This document shows, piece after piece, positions 53,692 through 64,000 of a stretch of 64,000 nt of DNA. Made by a program: the position numbers and the translations under genes. Each line of letters opens with the position of its first letter. Position 1 is the first letter of the stretch. The notes under the pieces were generated by a model, which was given only the letters and a program-made list of their open reading frames with translations, made no database searches and was not told where the DNA came from. The stretch is taken from the NCBI GenBank assembly GCA_964016885.1, contig OZ024743.1:113460001-113524000 (forward strand). Reading direction: 5' to 3'. This DNA is from Eledone cirrhosa (lineage: Eukaryota).

Positions 53692-53758
53692 TATTTTATT
53701 ATACATATTTCAGAGGTACTGAGCTAACTTCAACAGTACGTCCTCATCAGATAAAATA
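53692..53758 (-). ncRNA. Type I hammerhead ribozyme motif (antisense-arm copy)
   Basis: Reverse complement reads TATTTTAT-CTGATGA-GGACGTACTG...CAGTACCTCT-GAAA-TATGTA-TA-ATAAAATA. Confidence 0.8.
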
Positions 53759-54893
53759 AGATGATGCATGACATACCCTGACATAGTAGATGGTTAAGAT
53801 CCAGTCATGGTAGTGAGTAAGATATGATAAAACTCAATATTTATATACCTTAACATTGAGACATGAAAAAACTTACATATAATACATATAATACAGAGGG
53901 TGCGTGTGAGAAAGCTTAAAAATACTTAACAGCAATTTACATAACTGTTAGAGATTCAAATAATTTAAATTATTGAAGAAAAAGAAAGAAAAAAGAAAGA
54001 CAGAGAGAAAACAGATGAGGTGATAATATAGCTAGTAGAAGTATAGAGAGCAAAAGAGAATTGATCAAGGAAAGAGAGACAAAGAGGGATAATTTTTATA
54101 GTGTAAAACATAGGGAGGGATGAATTATATATATCTATACAGAACTATACATTTGGGTATAGCTTTGCAAAAGAGTAAACTCAAATCTTTGAATTATTGA
54201 ATTATCTAGAAGTATTCATCCATCTAAATCTTAAATATAACTGGGTGTAATTATATGAAGGTTAATTTCCAGTCCTTAGTTAATTAGTTATATATACTAT
54301 CCAAACATAACCGGTTGACCGTTAACTTTCAAATCATTTAAGTTAGTTTAGTTATATATAACTAATTAACTAAGGACTGGAAATTAACCTTCATATAATT
54401 ACACCCAGTTATATTTAAGATTTAGATGGATGAATACTTCTAGATAATTCAATAATTCAAAGATTTGAGTTTACTCTTTTGCAAAGCTATACCCAAATGT
54501 ATAGTTCTGTATAGATATATATAATTCATCCCTCCCCATGTTTTACACTATAAAAATTATCCCTCTTTGTCTCTCTTTCCTTGATCAATTTTCTTTTGCT
54601 CTCTATACTTCTACTAGCTATATTATCACCTCATCTGTTTTCTCTCTGTCTTTCTTTTTCTTCAATAATTTAAATTATTTGAATCTCTAACAGTTATGTA
54701 AATTGCTGTTATGTATTTTTAAGCTTTCTCACACGCACACTCTGTATTATATGTATTATATGTAAGTTTTTTCATGTCTCAATGTTAAGGTATATAAATA
54801 TTGAGTTTTATCATATCTTACTCACTACCATGACTGGATCTTAACCATCTACTATGTCAGGATCTTAACCATCTACTATGTCATGCATCATCT

Positions 54894-54960
54894 TATTTTA
54901 TCTGATGAGGATGTACTGTTGAAGTTAGCTCAGTACCTCTGAAATATGTATAATAAAATA
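54894..54960 (+). ncRNA. Type I hammerhead ribozyme motif
   Basis: Stem I TATTTTAT/ATAAAATA. CTGATGA at 54902-54908. Stem II GTACTG/CAGTAC. GAAA at 54941-54944. Quasi-palindromic stem III ATATGTAT. Predicted cleavage after 54952. Confidence 0.8.
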
Positions 54961-55106
54961 TACTTGATCACAAGAAGTACTATTTTTGTTAATATTTTGA
55001 ATTAATATTAATAACTCCAGAAAACCAATTTGTAGAGTGCTTCCAATCTATTGTAAAACTCATTCTTTGATTTATTCATTGAACCTTGTTTAACCTTTAA
55101 ATATAT

Positions 55107-55185
<79 letters not shown>

Positions 55186-55228
55186 ATGATATTAAATAAA
55201 TGGAAACTATATTTATAAAACCATATTT

Positions 55229-55289
55229 ATTCTATTATATATATTTCAAGGGTACCAACAATTTTGGTACGCTATCATCAGATAAAATA
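55229..55289 (-). ncRNA. Type I hammerhead ribozyme motif (the + copy at about 58105-58162 is mutated)
   Basis: Reverse complement reads ATTTTAT-CTGATGA-TAGC-GTACCAA AATTG TTGGTAC-CCTT-GAAA-TATATA-TA-ATAGAAT. Confidence 0.72.
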
Positions 55290-56650
55290 CAAAATGTTTT
55301 ATAAATATTTGACATGAGACCAAGGATAATATACCTTAGCGGTTCAAGTTATCCCTGGGAAGAGAGTACAAAAGTCAGATATTTAAATTATTAATAGGAG
55401 TATGCAAATGATGTTTATATTAGAGGGCTGAAAAAACGTTATTTTAGACGCTATGGAAAATTTAAATAATTATGATAAGGGGGAAAGAGAAAGGAATAAC
55501 GTTAATTTGGGGAAAAAAAATTTGTTACCTCTATTATGAGTTATAATATTGTATATAAATTATATGAAGAATTATGGTTGTAAGTATTTTTATCTTATTA
55601 CATTAGGATAGGTTATATGTATATAAATATCTCTATATATATTAATAAGTTGCGTATGTATTGATTGTTTACATAAACAAATATGAGTTACGAAGGATGT
55701 TGAAATTTTATTTTCAAGTTGTGAGATTAGAATAATTTGTGGATTCAAACATTTTTCAACATTGAGAATGTTTTCAGAATATTGCTAATTTAACAAAGCT
55801 ATATTAATTATCAAACAAAAATTGTTAAAGAAGAAGGAAAAGGAAGACCACTTAAACGTTAATTTAGGGGAAATATATTAGACATTTGCCTATATTTATA
55901 TGGAGAATTATTTATCTTATTATAATAATATATAAATATCTATATATATTTTAATAATAGCATATGTATTTTTATTAAAAGGATAGTTTATTTATAATAT
56001 GAGTTACGAAGGATGTTGATTCATAAATAAATAAATAAATAAGTGGTTGTTCATAATATAAGTTACTAGGGATGTTGATTTTATGTAAATAAATAAGTAG
56101 TTACAATTGATAAGGTTTAAATTAAATTAATGGAGTTATGTATAAAAAGTGTTATATGATTGAAAAGAGGAAAGATAACTCCGATTTTTTTTTAATTATT
56201 AAATGCTAGTGTGGGATTAATTATTTAGTCTAAAGAAATATGAATATTTAAACATCATCTTGAATAGCATACATTTTACTAAAAACAGTTAATGGTTATT
56301 AATCTACATTTAAAAATTAGCTTTAGAGGGTGTCATTAGAAAAATAAAGAATTAAGAAAAAAGAATTAAAGAATTTTAAAAAATTAAAATTAGAATTATA
56401 TAGAAGTACATGAATATATATAAATATCTATACACATACATATGTACATATATATTATAAGAACTTTTAAAGATATTATGATTTAGAGATATTAATGTAT
56501 TAAAAATATAAAATGTTAGTGCAGATAGGATCATTTTGGAGATTAATAGGAATATTATAAGTATATTATAAGTTACATATAGTTCTGAATGTAGAATTTT
56601 GGCGATGTCTGCAATAACTAAATAATTCTGTTCTGAGGTTAATAGAGTAT

Positions 56651-56846
56651 TCATTATCTTGGAAAACGATTTCAAAAGCACCTACCTGCTTACCGAAATA
56701 CGGCCTTATCAAGATTCTGTAAATTATGTATTGAAGACATTTTTCATATAATTAATTGTAAAAACTCTATTAACCCCAGGACAGAAATATTTAGTTCTTG
56801 CAGACATCGCCAAAATTCTACATTCAGAACTATATGTAACTTATAA
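56651..56846 (+). pseudogene. Penelope-like GIY-YIG endonuclease C-terminal fragment (Neptune-like)
   Basis: SLSWKTISKAPT... then a frameshift, then SRFCKLCIEDIFHIINCKNSINPRTEIFSSCRHRQNSTF...stop. This matches the W.I...A.P / C.LC..E...I / N.R.E..S.CRH signature. Confidence 0.75.
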
Positions 56847-59414
56847 TGTTCCTATTAATCTCCAAAATGATCCTATCTGCTCTAACATTTTATATTTTTA
56901 ATACTTTTAATATATTAATATCTCTAAATCATAATATCTTAAAAATGTCTTATAATATATATATGTATGTGTGTATGTGTATAGATATTTATATATATTT
57001 ATGTACTTCTATATAATTCTAATTTTAATTTCAATTTTTTTTAATTCTTTAATTCTTTAAGTCTTTTTTCTTAATTCTTTATTTTTCTAATGACACCCTC
57101 TAAAGCTAATTTTTAAATGTAGATTAATAACCATTAACTGTTTTTAGTAAAATGTATCCTATTCAAGATGATGTTTAAATATTCATATTTCTTTAGACTA
57201 AATAATTAATCCCACACTAGCATTTAATAATAAAAAAAAAAAATCGGAGTTATCTTTCCTCTTTTCAATCATAAAACACTTTTTATACATAACTCCATTA
57301 ATTTAATTTAAACCTTATCAATTGTAACTACCTATTTATTTACATAAAATCAACATCCCTAGTAACTTATATTATGAACAACCACTTATTTATTTATTTA
57401 TTTATGAATCAACATCCTTCGTAACTCATATTATAAACAAACTATCCTTTTAATAAAAATACATATGCTATTATTAAAATATATATAGATATTTATATAT
57501 TATTATAATAAGATAAATAATTCTCCATATAAATATAGGCAAATGTCTAATATATTTCCCCTAAATTAACGTTTAAGTGCTCTTCCTTTTCCTTCTTCTT
57601 TAACAATTTTTGTTTGATAATTAATATAGCTTTGTTAAATTAGCAATATTCTGAAAACATTCTCAATGTTGAAACATTTTTGAATCCACAAATTATTCTA
57701 ATCTCACAACTTGAAAATAAAATTTCAACATCCTTCGTAACTCATATTTGTTTATGTAAACAATCAATACATACGCAACTTATTAATATATATAGAGATA
57801 CTTATATACATATAACCTATCCTAATGTAATAAGATAAAAATACTTACAACCATAATTCTTCATATAATTTATATACAATATTATAACTCATAATATAGG
57901 TAACAAATTTTTTTTCCCCAAATTAACGTTATTCCTTTCTCTTTCCCCCTTATCATAATTATTTAAATTTTCCATAGCGTCTAAAATAACGTTTTTTCAG
58001 CCCTCTAATATAAACATCATTTGCATACTCCTATTAATAATTTAAATATCTGACTTTTCTTCTCTCTTCCCTTCACTTTCCAGGGATAACTTGAACCGTT
58101 AAGGTATTTTATCTGATAGCGTATCAACATTTTTGGTACCCTTCAAATGTATATAATAGAATAAATATTGTTTTATAAATATAGTTTCCATTTATTTAAT
58201 ATCATTGAATACTTACTCCAGAAAATCTGTCGAGTGCTCTGAATCAGTTATAAACATCTATATTTGTTGGATTTCCAACAAATTAAATATCTCCTCTACA
58301 CACACACATATATATATATATATACACACACTTATATAAATACATATACATATATGTATTTATATATGTATTTATTTATTTATACACACAAACACACACA
58401 CATACATATATACTGTATATATGCAGTTGCTCTTTGAGTATTTATTTCTGCAGGGCATTAACAATGTACAATACACAATGCTACAATGCACACTGCATAA
58501 TTTAAAATTTTAAATTGCTATCCCAGTTGTGTCAATTCTGTTGCTAAATCAAATAGATTTGAACTATTGAAAATGAGATGTTGAATTTGCAAGTTGGTTA
58601 AGCATTACATTCCTGAAGCAAAGGAACCAAGTTTAATTGCATTCTTCCTACCTTGGAATTAATCTTATTTTTCCTTCTAATTTATAGAATCAATTCCATA
58701 AAAGCTATAGAGATGTTGGACTTCCAAGTTAGTTTCTAATTAAAGTTGGTGTCCCCTCGACATCATCTATATAATGAAGTTACAGTTGCACACTTTGAAG
58801 TATATTCTCAAAGTGTGTGATTGTGTGAGTATATTTGCCTATATCACACATGAAAAGAAATATACATGTATAGACATATATATGTGTGTATAAAATATAT
58901 ATATACATAATCATCATCATTGTTTTTTTAGTCAATTTTTTTTCCATGTTGGTATGGGCTTGAAGGGACTTTAGTAGGCAGTATTCTATAGTTAGATGCA
59001 GTTCCTGGCACCAACCCTTTTAGTCGATGCTTAATGTGTTGGGATGTAGTGCACCAATTCTAAACCACATGTATGCATTAGATATATATTTAAACCTAGC
59101 AATAGGGATTACAAAGGACCGCAAGGGCTGGCACTATGCTGGTGAAAACCAATGGAACAGCATACAATGTGACCTTACTTATACATGTGTCTCCCCCTTC
59201 CACCAACACTCCATGGCAGCTATCTTCACCATCACTACAGACCCCCACTTCATCTATGATCTCTTCTGTATTCATTCTTTAGCTGGTGCCTCCTCTAAAG
59301 CCCTTAGATACTCTTACTATCCACCCTAGTAACTACTATATATATTTATACGTACATTTATATATATGTACGTATAAATATATAAATGTATGTATGTGTA
59401 TATATATATATATA

Positions 59415-59949
59415 ATATAAAATCAAAAGATGGTTAAAAGAGTTCCATGTATTTTATTATGCGCATTTCAAAAACAAATATCATGGGATGATATTTGTGT
59501 TCTTATCTGATGAGAACGTAAATATCGTCCCATGATGGAGGCACATGGCTTAGTGGTTAGAGCATTGGCCTTGCAATCGAAAGGTTGTGGGTTCAATTCT
59601 GAGACCGGGTGATGTGTTGTTTCCTTGAGCAAGACACTTTATTTCACATTGCTCCAGTTTACTCAGCTGTAGAAATGAGATGATAGGGACTGGGGTCCCT
59701 ATCATTCCACTGCAAAGTGGCCTTGGAGGTGCCACGGCAAAAAAGCACCCAGCACTCACTGTAAATGAGGTTGGTGTTAGGAAGGGCATCCAGCTGTAGA
59801 AATCAAGCCACAATCAGTTCCCGTCCCACCCTTGCAAGCAGGGAAAAAGTGGACGTAAAATGAAATAATGATGATGATGATGATATTTGTTTTTGAAATG
59901 CGCATAATAAAATACATGGAACTCTTTTAACCATCTTTTGATTTTATAT
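59415..59949. mobile_element. Hammerhead-centred palindrome interrupted by a SINE
   Basis: The left arm 59415-59507 is mirrored by 59509-59536 plus 59885-59949. The reconstituted ribozyme reads TTAT-CTGATGA-GAACGTAAATATC..GATATTTGTTTTT-GAAA-TGCGCA-TA-ATAA. Confidence 0.8.
59537..59884 (+). mobile_element. SINE family A, full length
   Basis: Same head, core and RTE tail as 47543-47879. Confidence 0.92.
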
Positions 59950-60106
59950 CATTTATAATCTAGTCCTATAAACTGTTGAGTGCTACTTATCCGATATTTG
60001 CATTGCTTTATTGTGCTACAATAAAACTCACCTCCTACATATATATATATATATATATATATATAGATATATATAGATATAGATATATACATATATATAC
60101 ACATAT

Positions 60107-60752
60107 AATTCAAAATTCAATTAGACTAAGGATTAGTATTATTCTCATTTATTTATATATCTCTACGGGTGTTTCAATGCGGCTGGAGCATCTCATCATT
60201 TGTGGAGAAAAAAACGTATTATCAGTAAAAAGAATTTCTCCACACTTCATGAGATACTCTATCCACATTGAAACACCCGTAGAGATATATAAATAAATAA
60301 ATAAATAATAATAATAATTGTTTCTACTTTTGGCACAAGGCCAGCAATTATCCCAGTGCATTACTGGTACTTTATTTTATCAACCCCGTAAGGATGAAAG
60401 GCAAAGTTAACCTAAGCGGGATTTGAACTCAGACTGTAAAGGACTGTAACTCTATGCTTCAAAGCATGGTGTCTGACTCTCTACCAATACTGCCAATCTA
60501 CCGTCTTTAATAATAATAATTGTTTCTATTTTTGGCACAAGGCCAGCAATTATCCCAGTGTATTACTAGTGCTTTATTTTATCGACCCCCTAAGGATGAA
60601 AGGCAAAGTTAACCTCGGCGGGATTTTAACTCAGACCATAAAGGGACGTAACTCTTTGCTGCAAAGAATGGCATCCGACTCTCTACCGATATTGCCAATC
60701 CACCACCCTTTTAATAATAATAATAAGCCTTGGTCTTATTGAATTTTGAATT
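60107..60752. mobile_element. Older palindrome with degenerate hammerhead, right arm interrupted by two SINE-B copies
   Basis: 60107-60210 is mirrored by 60235-60300 plus 60715-60752. The minus-strand motif reads ATGATGA-GATGC..GCATT-GAAAC-ACCC-GTA. Confidence 0.7.
60313..60710 (-). mobile_element. Two tandem SINE family B copies
   Basis: Copies at 60313-60508 and 60516-60710, each bounded by (AAT)n. Confidence 0.9.
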
Positions 60753-60897
60753 GTAAATGGTCTGCTACTGTAACTATCCTTTATTCATCCAGTTTATGTT
60801 CACTCCTGAAGAACGAAGTGTAAAAAAAAGTACAGTGAGCTTAACTAATCTTACCAATGAAAATAGTAAATTATTACACTAAAACCTCATATATTGC

Positions 60898-61384
60898 ATA
60901 TATATATATACATATTTATATATATAAGATGTGTGTGTGTGTATAAATATATGTGTGTGTGCGTATGTATATATATGTTTGTATGTATGTATATATATAT
61001 ATGTGTGTGTATATATATATATATATACATATGAATGAATGCAGAAATATATGTATGTATATATCTATGTGTGTGTGTATATATATATATACATATGAAT
61101 GTATATATATATATATATATATATATGAATGTATATATATATATATATATATGAATGTATATATATATATATATATATATGAATGTATATATATATATAT
61201 ATATATATGAATGTATATATATATATATATATATATATGAATGTATATATATATATATATATATATGAATGTATATATATATATATATATGAATGTATAT
61301 ATATATATATATATATATACATATCAATGTATGTATATATATATATATATATACATATGAATGTATATATATATATATATATGA

Positions 61385-61420
<36 letters not shown>

Positions 61421-61819
61421 GAATGTATATATATATATATATACACATACATATGAATGTATGTATATATATATATATATATACATATGAATGTATGTAT
61501 ATATATATATACATATGAATGTATGTATATATATATATATACATATGAATGTATGTATATATATATATATATATATACATATATATGAATGTATATAGAT
61601 ATATATACATATGAATGTATGTATATATATATATATATACATATATATGAATGTATATCATCATCATCATCATCATCATCATCGTTTAACGTCCGTGTTC
61701 CACGCTTGTATGGGTTTGGACGGGAGTTTTCCCACTTGAGGCAAGAGTGATTGTCTTGCTCGCATAGGACTGTCTGGCGTGTTTTCTACAGCTGGATGCC
61801 CTTCCTAACCACATTTATG

Positions 61820-61851
<32 letters not shown>

Positions 61852-61896
61852 CATACATATGAATGTATGTATATATATATATATATATACATATGA

Positions 61897-61928
<32 letters not shown>

Positions 61929-61958
61929 GAATGTATGTATATATATATATACATATGA
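60898..61958. repeat. (TA)n microsatellite with periodic ATGAATG, containing a LINE 3'-end copy (61658-61815)
   Basis: Direct inspection. Confidence 0.9.
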
Positions 61959-61959
61959 A

Positions 61960-64000
61960 TCATCATCATCATCATCATCATCAGGTTTAGAGTCCGTGTT
62001 CCACGCTTGCATGGGTTTGGACGGGGGTTTTCCCACTTGAGGCAAGGGTGGTTGTCTTGCTCGCATAGGACTGTCTGGCGGGTTTTCTACAGTTGGATGC
62101 CCTTCCTAACACCAACCACATTTACAGTGTAGGGCTGGGAGGTTTTTACCGTGTTGCCTACACGGCCACATTACAGCGTGGACTGTCTGGCGGGTTTTCT
62201 ACAGCTGGATGCCCTTCCTAACACCAACCACATTTACAGTGTGGGGCTGGGAGGTTTTTACCGTGTTGCCTACACGGCCACATTTACAGCGTGGACTGTG
62301 TGTTTTTTTGTCGTGACACCTACACGATCTCATTTGTTTCGGCCTGGATGTTGTGGGACCAACATAACTTTACATTGAAAGGGGCGGTGTGGATGGGGTG
62401 GAGGTGGTGGGACGGGGGGGGTTGATAGAGATGCCTACTGACTGTAGTAGGTTTTTACTTTGTATTTAGGTAAGGCGGGTCTTCTCTATTACTGAGTAGC
62501 GCCAAAGGTCTCGGTCCAGTGACATTGTCTTGGAGAGGTGTGAGGTCGGAATTTATCAGCTCGTCCCATGTTTTTCTGGGTCTGCCTACTCCGTGGCTAC
62601 CGTCTATCTTTATTGCCCTGCACTTTGTTATACAGCTGTCGTCTTTCATGCGCATCACGTGACCGTACCAATGTAGCCTTCTCTCGAGTAAACAACATCT
62701 GATCCCTCTTATTTCTAATTTTTTCCTTAGTTCGTTTATGCTTTGCCGTTCACGTATATTACTATTGCACATCCAGCGGAGCATGCAAGCTTCGTTCCTC
62801 TCTAGTCTGCATATATCCTCTGCACACAATGCCCAGGTCTCACTGCCATGCAGCATTGCTGTTTGTATGCAGGCATCGTATAACCTGCCTTTCATTTTTA
62901 GGGAGAACCCTCTAGCGGCTAATAGTGGTATAAGCTCTCTGAACTTTTTCCATCCAGTTCTACTGTACTTTCAGAGCACCCTCCCCCACTGCTGATTTTG
63001 TCACCCAGGTAACGGAAGCTGTCCACTATTTCTATAGAACCCTCTGCGCAGTTGAAGGAGCTAGTATTTTGTGGGCACTTGCTGCTACTTATTGCACCAG
63101 AGCACCGGCCACATGTAAAATCTATGTTCTTAGTTAGCTTACCTGTGATCCCACTACATCTTTTATGCACCCATACTTTGCATTTGGGACATAAAATGGA
63201 GTTTCTACCTACGCCTTTCCTACACACTGAGCATGGCCATTTCCCAGATGGGACTGCCGCCTTATTTTCTTTCCTACAAACTAGAACTTTAGTCTTAGCC
63301 AGGTTAATTTTAAGGCCTTTTGATTCTAGGCCGTGCTTCCATGTTTGGAATTTCTTCTCTAGTTCGGTCATTGATTCAGCTATGAGCGTTAGATCATCTG
63401 CGTATAGGAGTTCCCATGGGCAGCCGGTCTTGAACTCCTCTGTTATTGCCTGAAGGGCAATAATAAATAGTAGGGGGCTAAGAACAGAGCCCTGATGGAC
63501 ACCAACTTTTACGCTAAACTCTTCACTATATTCGTTGTTAATTCTAACCTTACTGACTGTTTCTTTATACATGGCTTGTATAGCTCTCACAAGCCATTCG
63601 TCAACACCTAGTTTTCTAAGAGACCACCAGATAATGGAACGGGGGACTCTGTCGAAGGCTTTCTCCAAGTCGACGAAAGCTAAGTATAGGGGTTTACTTT
63701 TAGCTAGGTACTTCTCCTGTAGTTGTCGTACAATGAAAAGAGCGTCTGTGGTACTTTTGCCTGACACAAATCCGAACTGCATTTCATCTAGATCAATTCT
63801 CTCTCTGATTAGTTGCGCTATTACTTTTTCCGTGACCTTCATGACCTGGTCGATTAATTTAATGCCTCTATAGTTACTCCTATCTAGGGCATCTCCTTTT
63901 CCCTTATAGCAGTTAACGATGATGCTGCTACGCCAGTCCTTCGGAACAACCCCATTCTGTACGACTTGGTTAACTATCCGGGTGACCATGGTGTGTCCCA
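61960..64000 (-). mobile_element. Young RTE LINE continuing past the window end (RT with PHD-like finger)
   Basis: Open 356-aa ORF at 62919-63989 with NYRGIKL, QFGF, DLEKAFD, GVHQGSVLSP, YADD, the C4HC3 finger and FRYLG. One small frameshifting deletion near 62960. 3' UTR and (GAT)n tail. Confidence 0.96.

Larger units (their letters stand above)
53644..55008. mobile_element. Palindrome with arms of about 650 bp (53644-54296 / 54353-55008), probable Penelope-like inverted pLTR insertion
   Basis: The arms are near-identical reverse complements. A hammerhead lies near each outer end, and (TA)n flanks the structure. Confidence 0.85.
55184..58207 (+). mobile_element. 5'-truncated Penelope-like element with inverted duplication (arms about 1.46 kb)
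   Basis: About 55184-56648 is the reverse complement of about 56764-58207. The centre encodes a GIY-YIG C-terminus, hammerhead motifs lie near the outer ends, and (TA)n flanks the element. Confidence 0.88.

Overview
AT-rich, repeat-saturated eukaryotic non-coding DNA (intron or intergenic). The repeat families look like those of a coleoid cephalopod such as Octopus, which is an inference. No host protein-coding exon, rRNA or true tRNA could be supported, and almost all ORFs in the track come from microsatellites or decayed transposons. The window holds many RTE-clade LINE copies whose RT carries an internal C4HC3 PHD-like finger, plus other LINE fragments (BovB-like RTE, CR1, CRE-like), a Gypsy remnant, several tRNA-headed SINE families, hAT, Tigger/pogo and piggyBac MITEs, and mini- and microsatellites. 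The standout signal is a set of sequence-unrelated palindromes (arms about 0.1 to 1.46 kb) embedded in (TA)n tracts. Five of them carry a minimal type I hammerhead ribozyme motif (CUGANGA-stem II-GAAA-short stem III-UH) with an antisense mirror. The largest has a Penelope-like GIY-YIG C-terminus at its centre, which points to inverted-pLTR Penelope-like insertions. Four of them are clustered in 53.6-60.8 kb.
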